From contig JAGOVB010000001.1 of assembly GCA_018060945.1 (NCBI GenBank), positions 5,238 through 69,237 of the forward strand: a stretch of 64,000 bases of DNA. Direction: 5' to 3'. Source of the stretch: Minisyncoccota bacterium (GTDB taxonomy: Bacteria > Patescibacteriota > Minisyncoccia > Phycocordibacterales > PALSA-1337). Each line of letters starts with the position of its first letter. The stretch's first letter is position 1. The notes under the pieces are model-generated. The model was not told the DNA's origin. It did not search any database and saw only the letters and a list, made by a program, of their open reading frames with translations. Position numbers and translations under genes: made by a program. Positions 28,782 to 38,604 of the stretch are shown here, piece after piece.

Positions 28782-29981
28782 ATGAAATATCTTAGCCTGT
28801 TTTCCGGTATAGGCGGATTCGAGCTAGGAATTCTTAACGCGCATGTGGAAGCAACTCACAGAAAGACGAACAGAGGAGGCAAAGAAACTGAGAAGACTCG
28901 GGGTGGTAAAAGATACTCGAAGTCTGAAGGTTCTGATCCCAAGGGACGACGAGCTCGCCAACACAATCACCTCGGCGGCTCACGACAAGAACCGTTTACT
29001 TGCGTGGGTTACTCCGAAATCGACAAGTACGCCGTTGAGATTTACCAAAAGCGATTCCCTGAACATAAAAATTATGGAGACATCACAAAAATCAAACCAA
29101 GTAAGCTCCCCGACTTCGATCTACTGGTCGGAGGATTTCCGTGCCAGGCTTTCTCGATTGCTGGCAAACGGAAGGGCTTCAAAGACACCCGAGGTACGCT
29201 CTTTTTTGACATTGCACGCATTCTCAGAAGTAAAAAGCCAAGGCTTTTCGTTTTGGAGAACGTCAAAGGATTGCTATCTCATGACAGTGGCAATACTTTC
29301 AAGACCATTATCTCCACGCTTGCAAAATTGGGGTACGACATTCAGTGGCAGGTGCTTAACTCTAAGAATTTCGGAGTCCCTCAGAATCGGGAGCGCGTGT
29401 TCATTATTGGACATCTTAGAGGAACAGCCCGACCAAAAGTATTTCCTTTCACCGAAAACAACAGCGAGGATATTGTCCTACCAACCATCACGACACGAGT
29501 TACAGCTGACTCAAACGGAACTTATGTTGGTAAAAGATCGCCACGTCAAATAATCGGGTCCAGAAGCCAAGGTGATCGAGTGTATGACCCAAGTGGTATT
29601 TCGGTTACTCTGGCGTCCCAGGCAGGCGGTCTGGGGGCTAAAACGGGGCTGTATGCGGTGAAGATAAAGGAAGCGACAAAGAAGGGTTATGCCGAAGCAA
29701 GACCTGGTCAGGCGATAAATCTGGCGGTCCCAAACAGTAAAACAAGACGAGGGCGAGTAAGTGATGTGGCTCAGACTTTGGACACGAGTATGCAGCAACA
29801 CACGCTCACCCCTGATATGAAAATCCGCAGACTTACTCCGAGGGAATGCGAACGACTCCAAGGCTTTCCGGATGGGTGGACGGATGGCGTGAGCGATTCG
29901 CAGAAATATAAGACCTTAGGCAATGCAGTGACAGTCAATGTGGTCGAAGTGATTATCAGAAAAATAATCTCCTCACTTTGA
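28782..29981 (+). CDS. DNA (cytosine-5)-methyltransferase with about 55 aa low-complexity insert after motif I
   Basis: Motif I LFSGIGGFELG, motif II VGYSEIDKYAVEIY, motif IV GGFPCQAFSIAGKRKG, ENVKGL, and C-terminal GNAVTVNVV. A basic Gly/Lys/Arg-rich insert (HVEATHRKTNRGGKETEKTRGGKRYSKSEGSDPKGRRARQHNHLGGSRQEP) sits between motifs I and II. Confidence 0.8.
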   Translation: MKYLSLFSGIGGFELGILNAHVEATHRKTNRGGKETEKTRGGKRYSKSEGSDPKGRRARQHNHLGGSRQEPFTCVGYSEIDKYAVEIYQKRFPEHKNYGDITKIKPSKLPDFDLLVGGFPCQAFSIAGKRKGFKDTRGTLFFDIARILRSKKPRLFVLENVKGLLSHDSGNTFKTIISTLAKLGYDIQWQVLNSKNFGVPQNRERVFIIGHLRGTARPKVFPFTENNSEDIVLPTITTRVTADSNGTYVGKRSPRQIIGSRSQGDRVYDPSGISVTLASQAGGLGAKTGLYAVKIKEATKKGYAEARPGQAINLAVPNSKTRRGRVSDVAQTLDTSMQQHTLTPDMKIRRLTPRECERLQGFPDGWTDGVSDSQKYKTLGNAVTVNVVEVIIRKIISSL

Positions 29982-29985
29982 TGCC

Positions 29986-30366
29986 ATGCAAAACATTAAT
30001 AATCCTCGTCACAAACTGGTCCCTCAACAGATTCAAGAATTGCAAAGGCTTTTCGAAGATGAGGGGTGGAGACTTAATTGGCTCTCCGTATTCTTCAAAG
30101 TCCATCGTAGCTCGATCATCTTCCACATTCGCTTTAATGGCTGGGTCCGGAGGATGAAAGTGCTCAGACACATGCCAAAAGAGATTGCTGAAATTTATCG
30201 CCTGAGAAGAAAGCAAAAATACGAGAATAAGTTCAGAGGCTCCTACGATTACATCAAGAGGGTAAATGAGCAGAACAGGATAAATAATTGCGGACATATC
30301 AGGTGGGTTAAGCGATGCAGTCTCTGTGGCGAAATCTTAGGATCAGACGCCATACACAATCATTAA
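29986..30366 (+). CDS. Hypothetical phage protein with C-terminal Cys/His cluster
   Basis: CGHIRWVKRCSLCGE...HNH suggests a zinc-binding or HNH-like small protein. Confidence 0.35.
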   Translation: MQNINNPRHKLVPQQIQELQRLFEDEGWRLNWLSVFFKVHRSSIIFHIRFNGWVRRMKVLRHMPKEIAEIYRLRRKQKYENKFRGSYDYIKRVNEQNRINNCGHIRWVKRCSLCGEILGSDAIHNH

Positions 30367-30381
30367 TTAATTTAAACATTT

Positions 30382-30789
30382 ATGAAAAAACAAAAAGCAA
30401 AAACAGAAGTGAAGCATACACCGAATCCGATCAATCTCTCGGCTCGTTTTCTCACCGCTCGCCCCGATCTGGTAAGCGCTTGGATTATCGGAGCACACAG
30501 TCTCATTGCGATATTTAAATCTGAACATAGGGAAGGAATCATCGCATATCTTGAGACGGTCCAAGGAGAGTTCTTTTCAGCACTTCGCCATCATTGGGAA
30601 AAGAAATACCCAGACCAGAAGCTTACCTACACATTCGGCACGATCTGCCGGAATCGAAAGGGTATGGAGCGTTTGGTAATTGGTATTCAGCCGACAGAAA
30701 AGAAGAAGCCAGCATATGAGTACATTGATGATGATGGAAAGGTCGGCGCCTGCAATGAATCGAGTATGGTGGGCTGGATGGAAAAATAA
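30382..30789 (+). CDS. Hypothetical phage protein
   Basis: 135 aa ORF in the phage early/packaging region. Confidence 0.35.
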   Translation: MKKQKAKTEVKHTPNPINLSARFLTARPDLVSAWIIGAHSLIAIFKSEHREGIIAYLETVQGEFFSALRHHWEKKYPDQKLTYTFGTICRNRKGMERLVIGIQPTEKKKPAYEYIDDDGKVGACNESSMVGWMEK

Positions 30790-30797
30790 ATCAACCA

Positions 30798-31427
30798 ATG
30801 AATGAGAAATTGCAAAAAAGAGAACCATATCGACCACTTTCGGTCCCTGAAAAGGAACTCTTATTTGCGATGTACGACAAGCATAACGGCAATTTGATGG
30901 GCATGATTCGGGATAGAGAGTGTGTTTACAAGAGCCGGACTCAGCTTAGCTACTACAAAGGGCTCTATCATTTTGCCGAGCATTTAGTGCATTTAAGAAC
31001 GAAAAGGAACGCTGAAGTGCTGAATTCTCTCAAGGATTCGAAGATTTTAGCCATCCAGCAAGCTATTCAGATGATTGAGACTCGTCAGGTTCCACTCAAG
31101 AATAAGCAAGGAGACCTAATCTTAGACGCAGACGGTCAGCCAATGTTTTATTCAGTGGGTCCCGACCATAAGGAAATAGAGATGGCTTGGAAGATCATTA
31201 AGACCGAGTTGGGTGAACCTACGACAATCGGTAAGCATGACCACACATCCAAGGGTGAACGGATAAGGAGCTTGGTCGAATTAAACGAGAAGGAATCAGA
31301 GGATCATGAGTCAATATTTAAACGAGATGCTAAACAAACAACCGACAACAACATTGAAACCAGTGACAGCGGAGGGGTTAAAGACTCTCCGGATGGCACG
31401 GAAGGAGGCGCGTACGAAACACGCTAA
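30798..31427 (+). CDS. Hypothetical protein, positional candidate for terminase small subunit
   Basis: 209 aa, immediately upstream of and overlapping the large terminase gene. Assigned by position only. Confidence 0.3.
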   Translation: MNEKLQKREPYRPLSVPEKELLFAMYDKHNGNLMGMIRDRECVYKSRTQLSYYKGLYHFAEHLVHLRTKRNAEVLNSLKDSKILAIQQAIQMIETRQVPLKNKQGDLILDADGQPMFYSVGPDHKEIEMAWKIIKTELGEPTTIGKHDHTSKGERIRSLVELNEKESEDHESIFKRDAKQTTDNNIETSDSGGVKDSPDGTEGGAYETR

Positions 31428-33006
31428 AGAGCATTTTGGGTACTTCCTCGCTTACTATTTACCGCATTATGTGCGGACTGAATTCGCTCCTTATCACTAC
31501 GATATGATGGGCGACTTTCACGATTTAGTAGAGATGAAAATAAATGAGCTTGCTTGGTTTATGTACCGAGAAAGTGCAAAAACAAGCTTTGCCAAAGGAG
31601 GCATTCTTTATCTTCTTGCATATGGCTTGGCTGAATATCCGAATGTGGACTCACTTGATGGTGATAACAGCGAAAGAATCCTATATGACGTAACATGGGA
31701 GCTTCAAACAAATAAAAGATTCATTAATGATTTCGGGGAATTACATGTCGGCAAGAGAACTCAGGATCAAGTAAGTCAAAAACGAGTCTCTAACTTCGTT
31801 ACCAACCCACTTTACAAAGAGGATGGAACGATCGAAAGAATAGGTGCTCGAGTTGAAGCTCATACCACAAATGAAGACGCTCGAGGATTTCAACATAACA
31901 GCAAGCGCCCAGACTTCCTATTGCTTGATGACTTTGAGACAAAGAAAAGTGTGCGTAGCGAAGTGATGACAAAGTCTGTTCGTGATCACATCGGAGAATT
32001 CAAGGGAGGTATTGCAAGTGAGGCTCAAAGAATTCTCTATCTCGGTAACTATTTCAGTGAGTATGGAAATATTCAAAGTATCATCAATCGAGCGGATCAT
32101 GACCCAAAACTCCGAGTACGCATTGTACCAATCTGTGAGGGAAGCCTAGGAGATTTACACGATCCTACATGGCCACAGAGATGGGTTCTGACTGATAAGG
32201 AGGCAGAGCTTACAGGCAAGGCAAGCATCGAATCGAAACAGAGAAGCATGTGGACACCTGAAGAAGGTGACACTGACTTTCAGGCTGAAATGCTCTGTCA
32301 GCCAATCGATGAGACAAAGACAATATTCAAGCGTGAATGGTTCATGCCTGTCACATGGGATGCACTCATGCAGAAGAAGCTCGCAGCATACGTGACTATC
32401 GACACACCGAGCAGAAAAGAGGATGGCGGAGTCAGCAAGGATGGAGATTTCGTAGGAATCTGTGTGAATTGGGTCGATAGAGAGGGTAAATGGCATTTAA
32501 AAGCATGGAGAGAAAAACTAGGTCCCACAGCGATCATCGAGAAGATGTTCGGAGTCTATAACTTCCTTATTCAGGCAGGTACACCGCCTATCAAGTTCGG
32601 ATGGGAAGATACTGCATTCACTCGAGGACTCGAGCCGATGCTCCGACATGAACAGAGAATGCGTCAGACATTTCTACCTCTCATGTGGCTCAAACATGAA
32701 GGCAGATCGAAGCAAGACCGAATTCGTACAGGATTACTCTATCGATACGAGACTCGTAGTATTTATCACCTCGAAGGTGAATGCAGAGACCTTGAAAATG
32801 AGTTAGTTCGCTTTCCTGACGCAGAACATGACGATACAAGTGATGCAACTGCATATCAAAGCGATATTGCACGTCCTGCCGGAGTGGAAAAGCCTCGAGA
32901 AGCTAGACCAGAGAGAGTGATGGAGACTCCATACGGCAAGGCGAAGCCTGCATACGAAGACGAATTGGTCGATGAAGGTCCTCAATACCCTGATATCGGT
33001 ATCTAA
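31306..33006 (+). CDS. Terminase large subunit
   Basis: N-terminal ATPase with a Walker-B-like FLLLDDFETKKS, a C-terminal RNaseH-like nuclease region with acidic residues, and the typical 566 aa size. The true start may be the internal ATG at 31393. Confidence 0.7.
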   Translation: MSQYLNEMLNKQPTTTLKPVTAEGLKTLRMARKEARTKHAKEHFGYFLAYYLPHYVRTEFAPYHYDMMGDFHDLVEMKINELAWFMYRESAKTSFAKGGILYLLAYGLAEYPNVDSLDGDNSERILYDVTWELQTNKRFINDFGELHVGKRTQDQVSQKRVSNFVTNPLYKEDGTIERIGARVEAHTTNEDARGFQHNSKRPDFLLLDDFETKKSVRSEVMTKSVRDHIGEFKGGIASEAQRILYLGNYFSEYGNIQSIINRADHDPKLRVRIVPICEGSLGDLHDPTWPQRWVLTDKEAELTGKASIESKQRSMWTPEEGDTDFQAEMLCQPIDETKTIFKREWFMPVTWDALMQKKLAAYVTIDTPSRKEDGGVSKDGDFVGICVNWVDREGKWHLKAWREKLGPTAIIEKMFGVYNFLIQAGTPPIKFGWEDTAFTRGLEPMLRHEQRMRQTFLPLMWLKHEGRSKQDRIRTGLLYRYETRSIYHLEGECRDLENELVRFPDAEHDDTSDATAYQSDIARPAGVEKPREARPERVMETPYGKAKPAYEDELVDEGPQYPDIGI

Positions 33007-33011
33007 ACAAA

Positions 33012-33036
33012 AGTAATGCACGCAATTTTGCATTTT
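33012..33036 (+). promoter_or_regulatory. Copy 1 of conserved 25-nt hairpin motif AGTAATGCACGCAATTTTGCATTTT
   Basis: Exact repeat also at 36276 and 41137. AATGCA/TGCATT 6 bp stem, 8 nt loop, then a T-run. Located 6 nt after the terminase stop and 24 nt before the portal start. Confidence 0.6.
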
Positions 33037-33059
33037 CTAAACCCCATACTGAATCCAAT

Positions 33060-35069
33060 ATGGCATTAGCCCACTACAAGAAACGAGACACGCTTTCCAC
33101 TCAAGCTCTCAAAGAGATTGATTATTCGTATCGATACAAGAAAGCTCGAATGAGCTCTTGGAATAAGAACGAGGACATGATGAATCCTGATCGCACAAGT
33201 CCTGCGGTTGTTTCTCCCTACGGAGGTAGCACCTTCCAGCAAGCTGGTGACACTCGAGCTCAAGTACCTCTCTACAAGATGCACGGATTTGTTCATACGA
33301 TTCTCTCAAAGATTGATAGTCCTCTCACATTTAAATACGTAAAGGGAGAATCGGCAGATTTGAAGAAAGCGAAGCTTATGAATGCGATCAAGGATAAAGA
33401 TTCCAAGGTAGGACGTTGGAACTTCAAAGATTTGATGGGCAAGAGAGATGCAGCAATCTACGGCCGAACAATTTATTTGTACATGACCCGAAATGACAAA
33501 GGAGTTTATAAGAGCCTTTTGAATTTAATTGATCCAAAAGACTTCCTTATTGATCCAGACGTAGGAGGTCTTTGCACGGAAGAAGAAGATGGGAGCGGAG
33601 TTGAGAAAGCAGCATATCTCGGATGGTGGAATACCAAGCTCACTCGAGCTCAGCTTACTCAGGGAATCAAAGATGGGATTTACTACAAGAAAGTTGTTGA
33701 AGAATTGCTTGATGGGGGAGGAAACAATACTACTAAGACTCAGCAGGATATTGATAAGGACAATCGAAAGATCAATGGAGCTCCTCGAGAGCGTTTCAAG
33801 AACGAGAACCAGTTTATTTTCTATACATGGATCACCACTGACGAGAATGATGATCGATACTATCTAGTTCTCACTCCATCGGGTGACTGCATTCGATGCG
33901 AACCCTGGAAAGAAATTCGAAAGAGTGAAAGATATCCAATCTGGACATGGGCAGCATTTCCAGATCCTCGAGAGTTCTGGACACCTTCATATTGCGATTA
34001 TGCACGAGGTATCTTCATGGCTCAGGAAAAGAGCATCAATCAGTCACTTGATAACTCAGAGCAAATTAACAGACCTCAAACCGCTGTAAACGTAGACTAC
34101 GTTCGAAATCTTGCTCAAGTTAGATATCGAAAGGATGGATACATTGAGATTGAAGGAAATATCGATGTGAACAAAGTGCTTCAGACACGCCAGACACCCC
34201 CGATCCAAGGTCCTTTCATGGTCTATGACAAGCTCGAAACAATTGTTGAAGGTGAAAGCGGAGTGACTGCTGGAGTCAAAGGAGTGGGTAACGAAGATAC
34301 TCTCGGAATCTACGAAGGAAATATTGCACAAGCAGGTGATCGCTTCGGACTTTTGAATAAGAGTTATGCCGAAGGTTACTACCGATTTGCAGTTCTTCAC
34401 AAAGAAGGTGTCATGCAGGATTTGAAGAAGAAAACAGCAGTTCAAATTCTCGGTCCTATGGGTCTTGAGATAGAAATGGTTACCTCAAGAGATCTAAAGC
34501 CGTATCAGAACGATTACGACATTCTCGTCGAATCAAGTAATGCTGAAGCTCAAAACAATGCAGTTGAAAGCAAGAATAAGATCACGTTCCTCGGAAACTA
34601 TAAGGGTGATCAGAACATAAATCAGAAAGTTCTTTTTGAAACTCAAGCAGCGATTGCAGGAGTCGATGACGATACAGTCAAAAGACTTCTCGATACGAGT
34701 GACTACGATGCAATCGAAGTAGTAGCTCAAGCTGATGAAGCCTTTCAATTAATTATCGGTGGGGATAAAGCTCCAATTTACAAAGATGCCAATACTGCAT
34801 TCTTGCAGAGACTACATGATCTCTCCGATAAGTTCGATCACGAGCTCACTCCTGAACAGCACGGTGCTGTGTTTGCCTACATCGAGCAAATAACTCCGAT
34901 TGTAGAGCAAAATGCTGCACGTTCGGTTGTGGCTCAGGCAGCGAAGCAAGGCATGATCAGTAATCCAGGTGATGCGGTCGATATTACACCTCCTGGTGAA
35001 AAGATTGATCCTGCCATGCGAGGTGATCCTGTGGCAGATGCGGCAAAAGCCGTAGCATTAACAAAATAA
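33060..35069 (+). CDS. Putative portal protein
   Basis: 669 aa protein directly downstream of the terminase, of portal size and position. No direct motif proof. Confidence 0.5.
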   Translation: MALAHYKKRDTLSTQALKEIDYSYRYKKARMSSWNKNEDMMNPDRTSPAVVSPYGGSTFQQAGDTRAQVPLYKMHGFVHTILSKIDSPLTFKYVKGESADLKKAKLMNAIKDKDSKVGRWNFKDLMGKRDAAIYGRTIYLYMTRNDKGVYKSLLNLIDPKDFLIDPDVGGLCTEEEDGSGVEKAAYLGWWNTKLTRAQLTQGIKDGIYYKKVVEELLDGGGNNTTKTQQDIDKDNRKINGAPRERFKNENQFIFYTWITTDENDDRYYLVLTPSGDCIRCEPWKEIRKSERYPIWTWAAFPDPREFWTPSYCDYARGIFMAQEKSINQSLDNSEQINRPQTAVNVDYVRNLAQVRYRKDGYIEIEGNIDVNKVLQTRQTPPIQGPFMVYDKLETIVEGESGVTAGVKGVGNEDTLGIYEGNIAQAGDRFGLLNKSYAEGYYRFAVLHKEGVMQDLKKKTAVQILGPMGLEIEMVTSRDLKPYQNDYDILVESSNAEAQNNAVESKNKITFLGNYKGDQNINQKVLFETQAAIAGVDDDTVKRLLDTSDYDAIEVVAQADEAFQLIIGGDKAPIYKDANTAFLQRLHDLSDKFDHELTPEQHGAVFAYIEQITPIVEQNAARSVVAQAAKQGMISNPGDAVDITPPGEKIDPAMRGDPVADAAKAVALTK

Positions 35070-35082
35070 TTAAAATAAATTT

Positions 35083-35421
35083 ATGACTGAATCAAATAAT
35101 GTAAAGTTCGTAGAAGATAGCAATAAATGGCTCTGGAAGCGATATGACCAGAACGGATCGGTAATTTATCGAAGTCCTTTGTTCGATACTGAGCGTCTCG
35201 CTCGAGAAGATTATGAACAGTATGGTGATAAGGCTCACACCAATCCTCAAGCTGATGCTCCTGTCCAAGAAGAATCGGCGGAGGTAAAGGGGGGAGTGAA
35301 TGTTGCCTCACCAACTGATACTGCTCCTCAAGATGAAATGGCGGCTGGTAATACTACTCCAGAAGGAGAAGTTGGTGCAGGGAGTGCATCTCCCACTGAG
35401 TCAGAAGCTGGCTTGGTATAG
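35083..35421 (+). CDS. Hypothetical acidic phage protein
   Basis: 112 aa with an acidic/Pro-rich C-terminus, in the head-morphogenesis region. Confidence 0.35.
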   Translation: MTESNNVKFVEDSNKWLWKRYDQNGSVIYRSPLFDTERLAREDYEQYGDKAHTNPQADAPVQEESAEVKGGVNVASPTDTAPQDEMAAGNTTPEGEVGAGSASPTESEAGLV

Positions 35422-35448
35422 TAAGGTCATATATCTCATTGTCATACC

Positions 35449-35823
35449 ATGCTAGCCTTCACATACAAAATTAAGAGAAAAGCCAAGGATAAGGGCGACT
35501 ATCGCATTACAAAGCACGGCCAAGTTGCAGAATTTTCTTTGCGTGAAATGAGCCGTAATGTTGAGCAGGTTCGCAAGCAGGCAAGGGAAATGGAGGCTAA
35601 CGCAAAACTTCAAGAGGCTCTAGCTGACAACATCCGTCGAGCGAATCGTGACCTTGTAGTATGGATAAAAAAGCTGTCTCCAAAAAAACGATACGCTCTC
35701 ACCATGCTTGCCATCCAAGAAAACAAAGCAAAGCAATTCAAGGATCAGGAAAAGATGGCAAAAAGCATTCTTAGGACTCTTTTATCAGAAGATAAAGTCG
35801 TACGTAACCAACTAAAGCTATGA
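35449..35823 (+). CDS. Hypothetical phage protein (coiled-coil)
   Basis: 124 aa, charged and helical. Confidence 0.35.
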   Translation: MLAFTYKIKRKAKDKGDYRITKHGQVAEFSLREMSRNVEQVRKQAREMEANAKLQEALADNIRRANRDLVVWIKKLSPKKRYALTMLAIQENKAKQFKDQEKMAKSILRTLLSEDKVVRNQLKL

Positions 35824-36212
35824 GCGAACCACAAGAAACACAACCCGAACTTACTGGTCCGCACAATGCCGATCAAGAAGTAGACCCAGAGAAGCAAGCA
35901 GCTGAAGAAGCTGAAGTTGAGGAGCTCAATGATGCAATCGATGTGACGAGCGATCTTGTCTCCTGGTCCAAGACTCCTGCCGGTAAGGACACGATAGAGC
36001 GTCTTCAAACTGAATCTCGTAAGGCGATGAACGAACTCTTTGCCGTTCTCCATGACAGTCCAGAGCTAGGGAAATTAATATCAGTTGTAGCTCGATTTGA
36101 AGCGTCGGTGCAGATGCTCAGACGATTTATCGGAGCAGACGAAGACTTGGATACCTTACTCGATGAACTTGCTAGGAAGCGACCTAGTGCAGCAGCTAAG
36201 GTTGCGAAGTAA
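35820..36212 (+). CDS. Hypothetical acidic phage protein
   Basis: 130 aa, highly acidic, with an ATGA overlap to the previous gene. Confidence 0.35.
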   Translation: MSEPQETQPELTGPHNADQEVDPEKQAAEEAEVEELNDAIDVTSDLVSWSKTPAGKDTIERLQTESRKAMNELFAVLHDSPELGKLISVVARFEASVQMLRRFIGADEDLDTLLDELARKRPSAAAKVAK

Positions 36213-36275
36213 AGAAAAGATAAAGTATTTATCAAGAAAAAATCATCAGGAAACTGGTGATTTTTCTATTCCAAA

Positions 36276-36301
36276 AGTAATGCACGCAATTTTGCATTTT
36301 T
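36276..36301 (+). promoter_or_regulatory. Copy 2 of conserved hairpin motif AGTAATGCACGCAATTTTGCATTTTT
   Basis: Identical 25-26 nt to the copies at 33012 and 41137. Lies 64 nt after the 36212 stop and upstream of the scaffold-like gene. Confidence 0.6.
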
Positions 36302-36421
36302 CTGGCATCACACTATCAGCATAGAGGGGCCAACCTCTTTTATTAAAAAGGTTAATGCGCTAATGCTCTGCGTTCCACAATCGAGCATCAATGGGGCGAA
36401 ACCATTGAAAATATAAAACGT

Positions 36422-37273
36422 ATGCCAAAACCACATCAGGAAGCAGCACCCACTGACGATAAGTCAGGAAAAGCTGCAGGGGAATCTCAGCCAGCCGATA
36501 AGGGTGGCAAGAAAGATTCAGACAACCCTTCAAATGGTCAATCGATTGCACAAGTTGCAGGAGCAGAAGGTGATTCCAAGGGAGGTAAGCCTAAAGAAGG
36601 TGATGAGAAAGAAAATCTCATAGTAGACCTCAAGAAAGAGAATCGTGAAATGAAAAAAATGATCCGTGACGAGGTCATTCCTACCATTAAAGATTTGCAA
36701 CAGCAGATCAAGAAAGGAGGTACCACCGCCGATGACGCTCTCGATGAGCTCGACGCACTCGCCAAAGAGTGGGAATTGCAGCCGAAGTTTGTACAGAAGC
36801 TTGCAAGCATCCTTCTCAACAAGTCTAAGAAGCAATTCGAAGACGAGTACCTTTCAGATATCAAAGACATCAAGAAGAAGACCGAGGATCAATCCAAGGA
36901 AATCTCAAATGCGCAGATTACCGGTGCAATCTCAAAAGAGTTTGATCGAGTGATTGCTGACAACCCAGACCTTGCCAAAGTCGCCAAAAAGGAAGCCGTG
37001 AAGAAATACATCATGTCGAGTGAGGAAAACCTCTCACGCACGATGGAAGAAATTCTCGAGGAACTCTATGGTGACGCTGTAAAGCCAGAACCAGGCATGG
37101 AAGGCTACAGCTCTCAGGGCAGCAATCATCAGAAGGAACCAGACTACAAGGCTCCTACTGAAGATGATCACAAGCGCATTGCTCAATCTCGTGAAAAGGG
37201 AGGTCAGGAATTCGAGAAATATCAGGAAGGCTTGATTGATCGCCTGACTCACCGATCACGTCATCGAAAGTAA
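36422..37273 (+). CDS. Putative scaffolding protein
   Basis: 283 aa, highly charged (K/E/D-rich) with predicted coiled coil, immediately upstream of the capsid candidate. Confidence 0.45.
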   Translation: MPKPHQEAAPTDDKSGKAAGESQPADKGGKKDSDNPSNGQSIAQVAGAEGDSKGGKPKEGDEKENLIVDLKKENREMKKMIRDEVIPTIKDLQQQIKKGGTTADDALDELDALAKEWELQPKFVQKLASILLNKSKKQFEDEYLSDIKDIKKKTEDQSKEISNAQITGAISKEFDRVIADNPDLAKVAKKEAVKKYIMSSEENLSRTMEEILEELYGDAVKPEPGMEGYSSQGSNHQKEPDYKAPTEDDHKRIAQSREKGGQEFEKYQEGLIDRLTHRSRHRK

Positions 37274-37317
37274 TTGATTCTGGAAGGGTAAATTTATTCA
37301 CTTAATTTTATCCAACC

Positions 37318-38520
37318 ATGTTAGCAGTATTCAAAGAACAGTTCGATAACGCCTACCAAGCCGTTTTCGACAAAGTGCTCGTGGCAATGGAGATCGCCAA
37401 CACGCGCCTCGAGAAGAAACTCGAGTACGGAGCATCCGTAAAGCGTGTGAAGTATTCTCTCGCACCGATTCGTGTGCGTAACATCACGATAGGTGTAAAC
37501 CGAACCATTGACTCGCTCAATGACTCCGGTGAGACCCTCTTGGTCAATAAGAACAAGGGTGCAGACTTCCGAGTCTCGAAGAAAGAAATGATTCAGGCAG
37601 GCCCACTGAATCCGGCTGAGACTATCGGTGCCGAGGTAGCCAAGAAGCTCTCTCGATACATTGATGCCGATGTTTTTGCGCAAGTAAAAAATGCGCTTAG
37701 AACATTCGATACCGGCGACCTCACCACAATGAGTTCGAACGGAACGGCCATTGTACTTTCCACCACGAATATCCCTCAGCTCCTCGCTCAGGGTCGTGCG
37801 AAGCTCAGGAAGGCGAATCAAGACCTTACGAGTCTTGCCTTGGTTCTCGACAGTTACGGAGGCTCGATTATCGAGCAGTACGTGATGTCGAAGAATATCG
37901 ACCTTGCTGCAGCAGCGTTCAAGAATGGTTACGCCGGACCAGTGGGTGGCGCCGAGTTGTACCTTTCGGAAAACCTTCTCGCAGAAGCCGTTATCACAAT
38001 GGCGTCGAACCCTTCAAACGGAGAGACGTTCTCGATCAATGGCTATATTTACACCTTTGTAACTTCAATTGGCACTACGCCAGGTAATGTCTTGATTGAA
38101 GCTGGTGTCGATGCGACCCGAGACAACCTGATTGATGCGATTCATCAGGCGACCGGTACTGCCGGATCGAAGTATATCGCATGGACTGATGTTGATCCTG
38201 GATACGATCAGTCCAACTGGGTCGACTTGCAGCTTGCTGCGGTTGACAGCGACGGTGCGGACACTATCACCATTACCGGAACTGGTTCAGGTCGTCTTGT
38301 ATTCGGCGGAAACGCTACGTATACAGTCACCAAGAACCTCGTACACGCTTACTACGGTAAGAAGGGTGCGATCGACGTGGTCATCCAAGACCTCGCCGAG
38401 ATGGAAATGGTTGATGATCCATACCAGCGCGCAAAGATCATTCGAGCTGACGCTATCTACGGTATCTTCACGTTTGCCGATGGAAAGCCTCAGTTCCTCG
38501 ACGTTCTTCTCCAGTCGTAA
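37318..38520 (+). CDS. Putative major capsid protein
   Basis: 400 aa following the scaffold-like gene. Strong structured RNA hairpins follow its stop, as expected for a highly expressed capsid gene. Assigned by synteny. Confidence 0.5.
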   Translation: MLAVFKEQFDNAYQAVFDKVLVAMEIANTRLEKKLEYGASVKRVKYSLAPIRVRNITIGVNRTIDSLNDSGETLLVNKNKGADFRVSKKEMIQAGPLNPAETIGAEVAKKLSRYIDADVFAQVKNALRTFDTGDLTTMSSNGTAIVLSTTNIPQLLAQGRAKLRKANQDLTSLALVLDSYGGSIIEQYVMSKNIDLAAAAFKNGYAGPVGGAELYLSENLLAEAVITMASNPSNGETFSINGYIYTFVTSIGTTPGNVLIEAGVDATRDNLIDAIHQATGTAGSKYIAWTDVDPGYDQSNWVDLQLAAVDSDGADTITITGTGSGRLVFGGNATYTVTKNLVHAYYGKKGAIDVVIQDLAEMEMVDDPYQRAKIIRADAIYGIFTFADGKPQFLDVLLQS

Positions 38521-38532
38521 ATGCTGCACTGA

Positions 38533-38581
38533 CCCGAGCGAAAGTTCGGGCTCAGTGTCAGGCGCAGGGGCTAATCCCTGC
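38533..38581 (+). other. Twin stem-loops downstream of the capsid gene
   Basis: CCCGAGC-GAAA-GTTCGGG (7 bp stem with GNRA tetraloop) and GCAGGG-GCTAAT-CCCTGC (6 bp stem). No U-run follows. Confidence 0.5.
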
Positions 38582-38604
38582 CTCTGGCACTGAGAAATAA
38601 AAAT

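Noticed and set aside
28843-29553. 236 aa alternative-frame ORF overlapping the first C5-MTase.
   Set aside because: It runs through conserved MTase motifs that are clearly read in the other frame. Judged a chance open frame in purine-rich DNA.
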